Position numbers and translations under genes: made by a program. Below are positions 13,551 through 28,009 of a DNA stretch of 64,000 nt, piece by piece; within the stretch, counting starts at the first letter, position 1, and every line of letters begins with the position of its first letter. Below the pieces are notes generated by a model. It ran no database searches. It had not been told where the DNA came from and saw nothing but the letters and a program-made list of their open reading frames with translations. The DNA is from Octopus vulgaris (Eukaryota): the NCBI GenBank assembly GCA_951406725.2, contig OX597836.1, positions 1,426,001-1,490,000 on the forward strand, written 5' to 3'.

Positions 13551-14378
13551 TGAAGTGTAAACCAGGAAAAGCATTGATGTTTGTTATTTGCCTTCATCAT
13601 AAATACCTGTCTGCCTGTCTGTCTGTTTCTTTGTGTCTCTATGTGACTCTCTGTCTCTCTCTCTGTCTCTCTCTTTCTCTGTAGATCTTTTGAAAGGAAG
13701 TCTTATGAAGGCCTAACTGGCAGTAATGATATGGATGGACAGAATTCACAAGAAATATAATAACGTTTAATGAATTTTCACAGATTTTCAAAACCGTAAC
13801 TGCTACAAAACTTTCACCGTCTCATCATCTGAATGACGCCATGACAGTATTGTGTTGCTGTCTCTTCTCTGTGACACGAAAGAAAACAATAATGCTATTC
13901 GTACGGTAAAGTACAAAATCAGAATCGCAGAATGTAAAAGAGTCGAACAGTTAACTTCAAATTTCTGTCCTAGATTGTTTGTTGCATGATCCATCCATCC
14001 ATCCATCCATCCATCCATCCATCCATACATACATCCACCCATGCATACATACATATATGCATACAAATATAGGTACATGCATATGTACATATATAAATGC
14101 CTATATTTGTGTATATATATACACTAGTTGAGGTGTATGTATATGTGTGTATTTTTATTGGTATACTCATATGTATATCTACGTATCTATATCTATATGT
14201 CTATGCTTATCGTTGGCATGTTTTCTTTTTTTGCACACACATATACACACACACACATGCACAACATACGCTCCCCATTATATCATATATGTATATGTAT
14301 ATATATATATATGTGTGTGTATATATATATATGTATATATATATATATTTATATATATGAATATATGTATACACACAC

Positions 14379-14451
<73 letters not shown>

Positions 14452-14839
14452 TATATGTGCACACACACACCTGTGTAAAATTGTAAAGAAGTGAAAATAA
14501 TTTGACAGAAGTAGATAAGTGAGAAAATGGGAGCGGGCAGAGGAGGGAATGAAATGAGATTAAAAGGAGGAAAGCGAAAAGAACAACGTCAACAACATTG
14601 AGGTCAATGCCTAAAAAAATATTTCGGATGACGTAATGATCCTAACAGAATCGAAAGGTGAATGGGATATGTAGTGAGGTGAAGATAAATGAGAGGAGGA
14701 GGAGGAGGAGGCGGATGGCGAGGGAGGAGGAAGAGGAGACGAAATTTAGTGGCAGAAGCAGTGACAGGAAGTAGGTGGAGAAAGTGAAGAAGAAAGGATT
14801 GGTATTAGACGAAGTAGTATAAGTAACAGCATCAGCGTC

Positions 14840-14843
14840 AGTG

Positions 14844-14874
<31 letters not shown>

Positions 14875-14956
14875 ATGAACATTGAGAGAAAGAAGAAAGC
14901 TGGAAAGGAGGACGGAAGACAAATAATAATAATAATAATAAGAAGAAGAAAAATAA

Positions 14957-15034
<78 letters not shown>

Positions 15035-15270
15035 AAGAAGAAGAAGAAGAAGAAGAAGAAGAAGAAAAAGAAGAAAAGAAGAAAAAAAGATGAAGAAGAA
15101 AAGAAGAAGAAGAAGAAATGAAGAAGAAGAAAAAGGAAGAGAAGAAGGAAAAGAAGAAGAACCACCACCACTACCACCAATGCCATCACAATCATCAATA
15201 ACAATAACGCCACCACCACCACCAACAACAACAACAGCAACAACAGTAGGAGCAGCAGCAGCAAGGAAGT
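14840..15270. repeat. Compound (TAG)/(AAT)/(AAG)/(CCA)/(CAA) tract
   Basis: Directly visible. Confidence 0.95.
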
Positions 15271-15667
15271 GAAGAAAGAGAAGAAGCAGAAGTCTTCAGA
15301 GAACTCTGAAGAAATGCTTCGTTCATGTGGAAATAATAATTTTCGATGGAGGGTGTTCCTGTAAAATACATTATTATTTGAAGGAAATGGCATATTTAAA
15401 GGAAAGATTGGACATGGAACATTTCTGGAATGTTCTATCAAACCAGTCGAACAAAATAGATAGACGCGATATAGATGTGTGCGTTTTGATAGGAATTGGT
15501 GTGATCTAAATGGTTTGTGAACTAATATGCTAAATATCTAATCTATCAGAGTCTTGGAGAATGGTAGCGGTGTGCGTGGCATGGCAGTGAGAAGAAGAGA
15601 TAGTGTGAGCTGTTGTGACAGAGAATGATGTGTCTAGAGACAGAAGGAAATGGTTGGATATATATAT

Positions 15668-15744
<77 letters not shown>

Positions 15745-15834
15745 TAGTAAAACACGCACGTTCATACATATATACATTCACACTTGCATGTGTACATATG
15801 TATGAAGAAAGTTATATCTCTACTTACGTGTATG

Positions 15835-15868
<34 letters not shown>

Positions 15869-15889
15869 CACGTGTTTTGTGTGTATGTT

Positions 15890-15931
<42 letters not shown>

Positions 15932-16136
15932 TATATATATATGTATATACATATATCTATCTATCTATACATACATATATTTGCGCGTATAGATCTACGA
16001 ATAAATACATTGTGTATGCAAATACATATGTATAAGCATACACACAGATACACATGTTTGTATGTATGTACGGACATACATACATACATGCACACACACA
16101 CACCACACACACATATATATATATATATATGCAAAG

Positions 16137-16168
<32 letters not shown>

Positions 16169-16924
16169 CAATGGAAATAGAGAGAGAATGAGAGTGATTA
16201 TCAAAGAATAATGACGAATGAAACGGTAGGTAGGGATTTGAGCGGAAGAGAGATGTTATCAATGCGAAATATCTCGACTGTGTTGAAATTAGAAAGAATG
16301 AGAAAAGAAAGAAAATAAGAAAACAAAAGAGAAATAAAAGAAATATTGGGGCTTGAGAATGAGAGTGAGAGAGAGAGAGAGAGAGCAATATATGTTAACC
16401 TACGCAAAACACGTACATACACATATACAGATACATACATTCGTACTTCCATGCATGCATATTTACAAATACACTCGTATATACACACACACACATTCAC
16501 ACACACACACATTCACATACACACACACTCTCTCTCTCTCTCTCTCTCTCTCGCTTTCACACACATACACATCAGTGTATTGACCAGACAATCGGATGTA
16601 GTTATACACCGCTTGTCACAATGCATTTTGTTGTGGTCTTCAGATGAAGCGTCTACGGCATCATCATTTACAGTACGTGAGTCTGCAAGACCATCATCTT
16701 CGGCAGCTCAAACCAATTGGAATGATTTACTCATGTTGGTGTGAGGAATAAGAATTTTCAGCCCCATCTGCATCCAAGAAAGACATCGTACAGACTGTTA
16801 CACACTATTTGAATCCAGTATGAATCGTCAGGTTATAAAAATAACTAACATTCATAATGATTCTAATCGAAGTGTATTGTTCGCTAATGTCCAAGTTATT
16901 CAGGAGGAAGGATCTATCTTTATT

Positions 16925-17080
16925 TTATATTTTATCTTCTGCATGTTTTAATCATTAGACTGCGGCCATGCTGGGACACCGCATTCAAATATTGCTGTCG
17001 ACTGAATCGACCCCGTTGCTTATTTTTTCTTTTAAGCCTAGTACTTATTCTATCGGTGTCTTAGGCCGAGCCGCTAATTT
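16925..17080 (-). mobile_element. SINE family A 3' fragment
   Basis: GACTGCGGCCATGCTGG...ATCGACCCC...AGCCTAGTACTTATTCTATCGG...GCCGAGCCGCTAA matches the full copies at 35395 and 58460. Confidence 0.85.
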
Positions 17081-17795
17081 AAGTTGTTCAGATTGAATGG
17101 ACTTTCTGACGATGTCTAGTCAACATCTCCAAAAGAGGCAATATTCGTGCTCTAGTCAGCTAAATGTTACTTATTTTAGCGTTTGTTTATGTGAGGAGCA
17201 AAGAAGCGACATTTTATGATTGGAGAAAAAGCAGACATTTTTAAGGTTTTTTAAGAAAGATATAAGAAGAGGTAAGAAGAGCTTTTATTCATAAGTGTAT
17301 AACACAAGATCCAGTCATCCTTCATTCGCAGGGTTTCAGATCCAGGTGTACTGCATGCCTGATCACTCCGTTATCTATCGCGTAGGGAGTTGTAATCGGT
17401 TGTCACGATTAGAGCTGCACTTTATATGGCTGTAGATTATGACAGTTTGAAAAGCTCCAAATACAAATGCAGTTCGTGATACGAAAGGTTATCTATCACT
17501 TGTCGCTGACGGACATTAACCATAGAAAATTAGCAGCTGGCTGAATACCCTCGAGCTACGGGATACAGAATTATCATTGCTAGCTCTAGGAGCTACGCCA
17601 AGAAGCTGCTGTCGTTGATTAATATAACTTCAGGCAAATTGTCCCCTTTACATCGTAGTTGCTTTATTTTGCGCTTTCAGAAATTTCAATGACCTGACAA
17701 TATGACAGCATTCTAAACCCTTACGAACTAACCTGACTCACGACCAGTAATGTGAGGCTTTACTTACAGCTTGCGCTTATATTGTTATTCACGAG

Positions 17796-17840
<45 letters not shown>

Positions 17841-17879
17841 CTCGTATGTATATATCACTGTGTATATACGTACAGATAA

Positions 17880-18220
17880 AAGCATCGGATTTTGTTAAAC
17901 ATCACTGATTATAATGCACTTCCAATTGTTTCTTGACTGCCACCTTGTTTTCCATCTTGGCCCAAATCGTTTAACTAATTAGATTTCCTATCGACGAGGA
18001 GGCCTTCCGCCTGCATTTCCTCGATCTTTTGCAAAATCTTGGCCATACAAGTTGCTGTGTGAATGACAAACATTAATTTTTCAGGTTTCCTGTGTTTTAA
18101 TATTTCTAATAATATACAGGATTCAAAATTCTCCAATAATTTTGAACGAAATCATATTAGTTAACATAGTGAAGCTACTTCAACAGTGTTTTGGAGTGGC
18201 AACGCCCGTTCTGTATAAAC
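17880..18220 (-). mobile_element. Decayed Tc1-like transposase C-terminal remnant
   Basis: Fragments HTATC...(W)PP...TIWAKMENKVAVKK resemble APCHTA...WPxxSPDLNPIExxWxxxKxxV; frameshifted. Confidence 0.45.
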
Positions 18221-18694
18221 AAAATTACTATTTTACAATATGAAATGATGAAAGGTGGAGAAACAAGAAACTAAATAAGCACGAACGAATTTTGTCCATA
18301 AAATATATTTTCAACAAACAAATAAAATACGATTGAAATCAAACAAAAAACGAAAGTATAAAGAATAGATCATAAATTGAAACGAAAAACAATGCAAAGA
18401 ACATTATAAATGAAAAATATATATAAATATAAACATTAAAGAATCCGTACAAAAGAAACTCGACGATGATAATAAAAATAGTGGCAAACAACAATATCGG
18501 AGCAACAAAACAATAAACTAGAGATAAATCATAGAAAAAAAAACAAACAAACATGAAAAGTAAAATATTGAGAGAAAGAAAGAATTTCTGTATAGGTGTT
18601 GCGAGATAAATTGGTAGGATGAAGAGAAATGGTAAATCTTAGAACATAATCTATGGTTTTAGAAGACAATAAATGAAGGTAAACTCATATGGTT

Positions 18695-18880
18695 TTTCTT
18701 TTTATCTCTTGCTTGTTTCAGATATTTAATTGCGGCCATGCTGGGGCACCAGCTTGAAGAATTTTTAGTCGAATGACAGGACCCCATTATTTACTCTTGT
18801 ACTTATTCTATCGGTGTCTTTTGCCGAGCCACTAGTTTACACCGGTTGTCAGACACTAGAGTGAGACACGCACAAACACA
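18695..18880 (-). mobile_element. SINE family A 3' fragment
   Basis: TTGTTTCA...TGCGGCCATGCTGGGGCACC...GTACTTATTCTATCGGTGTCTTTTGCCGA...CCGGTTGTCA. Confidence 0.85.
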
Positions 18881-18910
18881 CACACATTTCTGATACTAGA
18901 ATGTTGTTCA

Positions 18911-18978
18911 CAGTGACGTCGAAGCTTTGGCCATCTAAGCCACCGCCAAGCAAGATGGCTAAGATTTCGAAGTCACTC
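18911..18978. repeat. Imperfect 26-bp inverted repeat
   Basis: CAGTGACGTCGAAGCTTTGGCCATCT versus AGATGGCTAAGATTTCGAAGTCACTC. Confidence 0.7.
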
Positions 18979-19087
18979 TTAACGAAATTTTTATATAAGC
19001 ATAATGAAATTGTGTTCTACGAAAGTATAGTGTAACCCATCAGATTAATGTAAAATTGATTTTATTATAACTGAACATAAAAATAAG

Positions 19088-19123
<36 letters not shown>

Positions 19124-19505
19124 TATTTATAGGCAGTCAGAATTTTGGATAATTCTTCATTAGCGCTTTCGTTCGTTTTTCGAACTCGTCAAAATCAAAA
19201 TGGTAAAAACAACGTTTCTTTGCTCATTTATATGAATCGGATGCTTTTTTGCTTTATTTAGAAGAGGAGAATATTGTTTTTTTCTTTCTTTTGGAATAAG
19301 GTGGGAGAGAGAGACAGAAAGGCAAAGAGGGGTGAATAGATAGATAGGTAGGTAGGTAGAGAGAGAGAGAGAGAGGTTTCAGGATAAACAAGAAAGTGGA
19401 GAAAAATAAAAATAATAATAAAGTATGGGGAAAGGTTAGATAGATAGACAGACAAACCGACAGATAGATAGGTAGATACATAGATAGATAAATGGATAGA
19501 TAGAC

Positions 19506-19590
<85 letters not shown>

Positions 19591-19719
19591 AATACAGAGA
19601 GAGGGAGAGAAGTTTCTTTTCAATTTGATGCGGTCAATTCATCGAAATTTCCTTACAAAGCATTTTTCTTTTTTCTTAGTCCTTTTCTTCTTTTTTCTGT
19701 CCATTGTATACCCTTCAAC

Positions 19720-21230
19720 ATATTTGTAAATAAACAGATTTTCTCGCAAGGGCTGGTGACCTTTCAAAGATGTTAATTTTAGGAAATAGGATGGAAGAAA
19801 TGAGAAAAGTGGGGAAGGAGCGGTCATTACTGATCAATAAAAAAATAGTTCAAAGTTCAAAGTCCTTTTACACTTTTATAGTCAAGTCCCATTTTGTGTG
19901 TAATTCCAATTTTTGTCTGAACAAACATTAAATATTAGTAAAATATTCATAAATTAGGAAAATGATGTCAGAATATAAAATAAGACTACTGTTTATAGTT
20001 CTATCTATTCTCTCTGTACATTTAATCAAAAATCATAAATGCGTTTTATATGTATATTGTATATTTAGCTGGAAGCCAAGCTGTAGGATATAAATTATAT
20101 AATAAAACAGGGTCTGCTTAAATGTATATATAATTTTTTTAGTACCTTTTATCCTTTTGTAGGAGTTTTTTCTTCTTTGATTGGACAAGAGAATTCAAAA
20201 GAGATCTTTTTCACGAATTACTGTGCCGAATAGTTACATTAGATAACTTTCCTCAATCTGTGGTATAATGGTTATAGCATTCTTTCATCATCATTACTAA
20301 TTAAAAAATAATAATGATAAAAATGTAGTTCCTCTGCATATGAGGGTGAAAACCGCGTCCCCATAGCCGTGCCCTTTTTATCTGTCGATATGTTTTATTA
20401 TCGAATCTAAAGGTGTTTTCTTCTAGCACTAGGTATATGGCCTTGGGGATGAAATCAGATTTGAAGCGTTCATCTCTATTCGTCCTCTTTGTTTCTCTTC
20501 CCAGTTTTTGACTGCTTCCAGGCCCACAATGTGAGGTATATTGGTATAACGATTGATGACATCAAAGCTTGTAAGTGTAATACCTTCTGGGACAGTGGGT
20601 GGAATGTACCGGAGGAAATCTATGCCGTCCCTTATATAGCCGGGTATTAAAGGGCACATGAGTTTTTCGGAGTATGCCCCCAAAATGACCTAGTTGTTAT
20701 GTTGGTGCTTGATGTCCAGTAACTATTGGTCCCTGTTCGAGGTCGGAAGGTCTTTGTATTTTTATGTATTAGTTCCTCTTATCATTTATGGCTCTCTGTT
20801 TTGCGGGGTTTTGGGGATTTTGGTATATCTGTAGAAATTGTTCTCTTTGATTACAGAGTCGCATAAATAATCTTTCTCCTTGGCTGTGAAGAAATCTTGG
20901 AATTCATTGACAAGTATTTTGATTTTATTCATTGTTGCTTTTTCCGGGTGTCTTGGTTGATCCTTGTAGTAGGTTTGGTCAGTTAGAATTTCCACTAATT
21001 TATCTTTACAGTAGTCTTTGTCCAAGATCACAATCGCCCCTCCCTTATCAGATTCTTTTACGATCATCGAATTGTCATTCTTCAGTGTAAGTAAGAATTG
21101 TTTTACTTCTCGACGAAGGTTATGCTTGCATTTAGGGGTACTTAGGGGCAATTTCGAAATTGTGTCTATATATGCGTCTAAATGTTTGCCATTCCCCTTA
21201 TAGGGTGTGGAGTAGGATTTATTTCTGACA
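19720..21230 (-). mobile_element. Penelope-like element pseudogene (RT plus GIY-YIG remnant)
   Basis: LLTLKNDNSMIVKESDKGGAIVILDK...NFYRYTKIPK...RPIV...GYIRDGIDFL...LTSFDVINRYTNIPH...LEENTFRFDNKTYRQIK(frameshift)GTAMG are PLE RT motifs. Downstream FSFLPSY...RENLFIYKY resembles the GIY-YIG C-terminus. Stops, frameshifts and deletions are present. Confidence 0.9.
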
Positions 21231-21276
21231 TTTCATTTGTCATTTATATCCTTATTGCTGAAGAATTCTATAAGCT

Positions 21277-21352
<76 letters not shown>

Positions 21353-21353
<1 letters not shown>

Positions 21354-21509
21354 CGACAGGCTTTCACTTTACGTCTACCAAATCTACCGACAAGGCTTCG
21401 GTTGGCCCTAGGCTAGGGTAATAAGCACTCATCAAAGGAACCACGTTGTGGGACTGAAACCGGAACCATGTGGTTGGGAAGCGAATGTCTTACCGCACAG
21501 CCATCCCTG
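21353..21509 (-). mobile_element. SINE family A 5' half (tRNA head)
   Basis: Reverse strand GGCTGTGCGGTAAG...CACATGGTTCCGGTTTCAGTCCCAC...GATTTGGTAGACG; ends at a TA tract. Confidence 0.85.
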
Positions 21510-23512
21510 GGAGTAGATGGAAAAGCGAATGAATATTAACAAGCTTACCGCCGCGATGAACACTAGTAATGAGATAAATTAATATCCGTTTGGAAGGAGG
21601 AGAGAGGTAAGAGCCTGAGCTGAAGGACCCTGGTTATTTAAGCCTGCTTCAAATAAACTATGGGGCGATTCAGAAATTTGAATATCTTAATATTGGTTAT
21701 CCTGCAGGAAGTGAGGACAGTTAATGGCCGACTTTAATCATGTCTGGTTGTAGGAGGAGACTGTAACGAAATATGTGTTAGTCAAAAGTTGCATTCCGTG
21801 TGTAGTGTGGAGGGTGAATCCTAGGCAGAGTAACAAGTTTTAATGAAAACGTCGAAGGCAATATGGTAACAACTATAAAGGTTTAAATAATTAAAATTCC
21901 CTTGTCGATGAGAAATATAATGTAGAGTATATTATTGGCTGATATTTATTAAATATAGACAAGGTGAATCAATGACAACAACCAATATTTTAATTAAATG
22001 TAATTAAAATTGCACACGCAATGCAGAGGCGAGAGCATTACTTCGTGATCTAATATTGATAAAATTTGATATTTATCAAATAATATCTACTATAATTTTA
22101 CGTAATTTCCAAGTTTTGTGCAGTGAATTAGGTTGAGGAGCGATGAGCAGTTCGATATATTATACAAACTTAATCAAATTTCCTGTTCAATGCAATCAAG
22201 CTAGGTTAGAATGCATTCATCGGAATCTTTCTAGTTGTAAAGATTCGGTTAATGGTTCTGGTTTGCGGACAGCAACTAGTTTTGGGTTTCGTTATCAAAT
22301 TTTTCCAAATCCATCATCAACGGAATGGGTTTTTTAAATTGTCATACAATGATGTTGTCTCCTTTAGGTAACCACAAAAGGTCAGCATTATTTACTGAAC
22401 TCCTTCTTTTTAGTTTGATCCATGTCCCGCATTAGAATCTGTTGTAATATTTACTTGTTGCAAAATGCATTTTTATTAGAGGGAAAAGTTTCATGTTGTG
22501 TGTCCGATTCAACCCTTTATATCACAAAACAGACAATTTTTATTTTTCCATTAGAATCGTGTGTCCCAAACGGTGGATCAAACATGTTATGTGGATCTTC
22601 ATCTGTTACGTGATTGTTACAAGACTTACTGCCTGCTACAAAAGATTCGCAACAGCGCGACACTCATATCAGTCCATTTACAGGACCAGACTGGGAAGTT
22701 ATGAAGATATTAATGCATTTACCAACGAAACTGTTGAAACTTGATGGAATAAAATAATAATGAGTGTCGGAAAATTGCAAACCACAATGGATTAAACCCG
22801 AACGCAATTGTGACATCAATATATCTATATATATGTATATATTTTACATACATGCATTCATGTTTCTGGGAAAAGAGATATATACAAATGTACTTATAGA
22901 TTCCATAATACTCACACACACAAACACACACACACACGCACACATATATTCGTATATGTACATATGCTTACACATATATGCACACACACATACACATATA
23001 TACATGTATGTATATATGTATGTATTTGTCTCTCTATCTAAATATATTGTGTATGTGTGTACGTGTGTGTTTGCATAAGTGAAGAGTGTGTACATATACA
23101 GAAATATATGAGCACATGCACAAACGAATGCATACACACACAAACACACACACATACACACATACACAAACACACACACGCAAACACACACACACACAAA
23201 CACACACATGCACAAACACAAACAGGCATAGGAATGCAGATAGAAACATTGAAATTAACTTAGGCAAAACCGCAGGAACATATATTTATAGGTATGGACA
23301 CACCTACTGCACGTCTGTACCCGCCTTATTATTCGCTTTCATCTTTCAGAAGATAAGTAAACACCCACTCAGCGGGATATATATATATACCCCAGAAGTA
23401 ACAGATGCACACAAAAATTTATGCACCAGAGTACAAAAACACGCATACACATGAGCCCGGGTACACACTCACAAGCGCGTAGATCGACGCATGTACACAA
23501 TACATACATACC

Positions 23513-23547
<35 letters not shown>

Positions 23548-23568
23548 GTATGTATGTATGTATATATG

Positions 23569-23666
<98 letters not shown>

Positions 23667-23749
23667 CATATATACAGACTAATTTATATCTTCGTGCTTC
23701 AACAAGGCAAAACATAACAAACGTGACAAAAACACAACTAATTCAGTAA

Positions 23750-23849
23750 TAAAATTAATAATAGTAATAATAATAGCAACAACAACAACAATAATAATAA
23801 TAGTAATAATAATAATAATAATGAAAATAATAATAATAATAATAATAAC

Positions 23850-23882
<33 letters not shown>

Positions 23883-24030
23883 AATAATAATAATAATGAT
23901 AATAGTAATGATAATTATGATAATAATAATAATAATAATAAAGATGATGATAACAAAAATGATGTTGATAACGAGAAAGATAATGATAATATTAAGAAAA
24001 ACAATAGCAACACTAATGATAATAAGAAGA
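23750..24030. repeat. (AAT)/(GAT)n tract
   Basis: Directly visible. Confidence 0.95.
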
Positions 24031-24218
24031 AGAGCATTATCAAAGAAAAAAAGCTGCAAAACCGTTTGGTTGCGGTTCACCCTGGGAATATCTGTTTCAG
24101 AAGAATTGGTAAGTCTATTATTATTCGCTTAGTTCTGTAGAGAACTGTGAGAGAATTGCCCATCTCTGATAATGAAAGAAATTGTTTTAAAAAAACCAAG
24201 ACACACACAGAAAAGAAA

Positions 24219-24286
<68 letters not shown>

Positions 24287-24563
24287 TAGCCATGCAAATA
24301 GATATCTATAAACCTATGTAAATATGCATGGGTATCAATATGCATATATGTCTACACGCTAATGTGTGTGTGTGTGTGTGTGTGTGTGGAAATAATTACG
24401 TCAATACGTATATATTTAAGATGCACTAAAAAGAAGAACCTTCCCCAAATAATTATCAGAATCCATTTCCCATGGATGAATGGGAAATCAAACGGATGCG
24501 ATGTACCTGCTAATTTCAAAACATGGAGGCTATATTATATACATAATATGGGTACACAGCACT

Positions 24564-24622
<59 letters not shown>

Positions 24623-24814
24623 ATTTATATATATATACATATATATACATGCATATATATACATATATAAATGAGCATGTATATATGCATATTTATACAC
24701 ACATATTTGTTTTATATATGTATTACTCAAACAGCCATGCTTGTGTATATATATATATATATATTTACATATACATATATCTACATAATTATATATATAT
24801 ACATACACATACAT

Positions 24815-24853
<39 letters not shown>

Positions 24854-25164
24854 AATATAATATATATACATGCATATGCATAGAAATATACACTTAGGCG
24901 TGTTATGTGTGTATAAATTTATGTATATATATACACACACACACAAACGCATGCATGCTGGTTGTGTGTGTGTAGTGTGTGTGAGAGATGGGGGAAGGCG
25001 AAAAGAAAGAGCTAGACAAACAGACAGATTCAGAAAACAGTTAGGAAGCGTGAGAAGCAAACAGAGAGACAGAGATAAAAAGCTTTATGATCGTCGTGTG
25101 AGGGTTTTGGGCGGGATTCCTCTCGCCTTCTTTGAAATCACCCGTAATAGAGAATCACAAACTG

Positions 25165-25184
25165 TATCAACAACAACAACAGCC

Positions 25185-25220
<36 letters not shown>

Positions 25221-25301
25221 GCAAGAACAACAGCTACAACAACAACACCAACTATTACTACTACAGCTACAAGAATCGGAACAGCTACAGCAACGTTGGC
25301 A

Positions 25302-25365
<64 letters not shown>

Positions 25366-25380
25366 TTGCTGCTACTACTA

Positions 25381-25412
<32 letters not shown>

Positions 25413-25459
25413 ACTACTACTACTACTACTACTACCACTACCACTACTACTACTAATAT

Positions 25460-25509
<50 letters not shown>

Positions 25510-25700
25510 TAATAATAACAGGAACTACAACAACATCGATGACGTCGACAACAATAATAACAACGTTTGGAACATCATTAACGACATTACAAATATCAGG
25601 AATAAAAACAAAAATCACAAAAATGAACTTTTTGAGAGCAACAACAACAAAAAGCAACATCTGTAGCAGCAGCAGCAGTAGCCGAAGCAGCAGCAATGAA
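25165..25700. repeat. (CAA)/(CTA)/(CTG)n tract
   Basis: Directly visible; source of the Thr-rich 320-aa ORF. Confidence 0.95.
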
Positions 25701-25712
25701 ACCAATAACACC

Positions 25713-26710
25713 AATTGGGAAACAATGTGCCGCAGCTTATTTTTTGTCAATGAAATAATTTTCATTTTGATTAATGACTTTTTCTCATCCATCAGGCAAT
25801 CTAGATATTCCATCAACATAAAACTTGACTGATTTTGAAGAAAAAACGTTATCTAGAAGTATTTTGACTCCATCTACATCATTCAATATTTTTCTTTGCA
25901 ATGAGTTCTGTAGAGAAAAAAGCAAGTGGTACTCGGGTGGCGCAATATCAGGAGAATATTGCATCAAACACAAAGCATAGGTTTTTTGTCATGGATATTC
26001 TTCTTTCGTTGCTGTTTTTCGGGGGGGTTTCTTGCGCAAACTCCATCATCTTTTTCGCGCTACGTTTTCGTACGCAATCATTTTTCATCTCCAGTCACAA
26101 GTTGTTTAAAGAAAGACATACTTTCATTCCGTTTCAAAAGCATATCACAAACGGAATACCAATCCAAGAAATTCATTTTTGAGAGTTTGTGAGGGAACCA
26201 TACATTATATCGAGAAAGGTGTCCTACCTTCACATGTTGTTCATGAGCTGTATTTTTTGAAGCATCCATCTCCTTTGCTAGTTCTCTAGTCGTGATATTT
26301 GAGTTTTCTTCCATTTTTGCCTTCAAAACATCTTCATCCAATTTTGAGGGTCTTCCATTGAAACTGCCATCTTCCTGGCTAAACTCCCCAGCTTTAAATT
26401 TTGCAAACCACCTCCGAACATTTGATTCACCAACACCATCATCACCATAAACATCACAAATGTTTTGCCAAGTGTTCGCAGCATTTTCTCCTCTTTTTGT
26501 TTCTTGAAATATGAAATTTTTCGTTATCCATTTCAGATGTCAATAAAAAGTAAACAGAAGGAGAGATAAAACTATTTTTAGTCAGGAACAAAGAAGAGAT
26601 GTACAACCACTTCAAGCAACGCCAAAGTTTTGAACACGTCTCAGGTGTTTTCAATGAAGCGTGAAAAGATTACTTCAAGAAAACAATTCTGCAATTTGTT
26701 GCTGAACAAG
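25713..26710 (-). mobile_element. Mariner transposon, internally deleted pseudogene
   Basis: ICDVYGDDGVGESNVRRWFAKFKAG...GRPSKLDEDVL...TTRELA...WFPHKL...LVTGDEK and YSPDIAPPEYHLLFSLQNSL...FYVDGISRLP are mariner WVPHxL / TGDEKW / YSPDLAPxDY motifs. The middle of the catalytic domain is missing and the TIRs are eroded, so the ends are approximate. Confidence 0.92.
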
Positions 26711-26779
26711 GTGAACAAATGATTTGCATGCAGTGATCAAATGGATGCACGGTTTATTAGGTGGCTCTCTCTATCGAAA

Positions 26780-26925
26780 CGATGTAGTGTCATCAGATCG
26801 ATATGAACGTAGAACCACGTGAGATAAACAATTCTACTCAAGAACAACACACCAACCAGTCCACGATTTGAAACCACGATCCCACTGCCATGAAGGCAAC
26901 ACGTTAATAACTTGGTCATGCGCCC
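26780..26925 (-). mobile_element. tRNA-headed SINE family C 5' part
   Basis: Reverse strand GGCGCATGACCAAGTTATTA (A-box-like)...GGTTTCAAATC (B-box-like)...GTTGTTCTTGAGTAGAA; the last part resembles the TGTCCTTGAGCAAG block of V/CORE-type SINEs. Confidence 0.55.
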
Positions 26926-27012
<87 letters not shown>

Positions 27013-27058
27013 GCATATACATACACATACATACACACACACACGCACACACACGCAC

Positions 27059-27101
<43 letters not shown>

Positions 27102-27639
27102 TGTATGCATACATGTATATATAGTGAGTGAGAGGGTGAGATATAAGATGTATGGAAAGAGAAAGAGAATAGGCGAGAGGGAGGTTATGTACAAACAAAG
27201 TGCTATATAATTAACTAACCTGAAAATAGAATAAAAAATTCAAAATGGTGGTAGAAACGCTGTAGATGTTCAGCCGCCATCTTGGTTATAGCAGAAAAAT
27301 GCGGGCATTTTTGTTTTTCTTTGTTGTTTGTAACTTGAATTGTTGTTATTGCCGTTTAAAAAATTATTGCTTTCACAACAACAACAACTACTACTACTAC
27401 TATCACAACCTCACCACCACCACCACCACTACTAATACTACTACCAACACTACCACAATCCTCAACAACAGCAACACACCGCTGCTATTGTTGCTGCTGT
27501 TGCTGTTGTAGTTGCTGCTGCATCTGCGCCTGTGATCGCCGTTGCCACAGCTGCATCACATTCGCTTTTACCTATTTGCAAACATTTAGGGGGGACTGGC
27601 GCCCTTTTTCGTGTTTGAACGCGGTGACGTCGATGTCGA

Positions 27640-27931
27640 TGAAGACACCGACCACAACGACGACGACGACGACGATGACGATGCTGTTGCTGCTGCTGAT
27701 GCTGATGATGATGATGGTGATTGCCATGATCATCACAATCATGTTATCGTTATGAACATCAACAACAAATCCAACGACGTCGTCTTTATCATTTGTACTC
27801 TTAGACGCCGAAAATTTCGTTGTCATCATTTTCTTCGTCGTCGTTATCTTCACCAACATCATCATCACCAACACCATCATCTACAACATCATCGTCATCA
27901 TCATCACCATCGTAGTCGTCATCACCATCAC

Positions 27932-28009
<78 letters not shown>

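Noticed and set aside
15293-15350. Hammerhead at CTGAAGA...GAAA within the TCTTCAGAG/CTCTGAAGA palindrome
   Set aside because: No credible stem I, II or III around the core boxes; likely chance in GAA-rich sequence.
16720-16810. Helitron helicase C-terminus on the minus strand (LY...GLKILIP)
   Set aside because: Similarity is too short and frameshifted to support.
21700-22800. Additional Penelope-like remnant
   Set aside because: Only faint motif hints (NCSS.NLIHC; LG..HG); insufficient without a profile search.
24870-25832. 320-aa Thr-rich mucin-like ORF
   Set aside because: Built from (CAA)/(CTA)/(CTG) tracts, open on both strands, starts in a TA tract and ends antisense inside the mariner remnant.
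25745-26530. Domesticated SETMAR-like gene
   Set aside because: Frameshifts, stops and a deletion of the catalytic middle; no SET domain.
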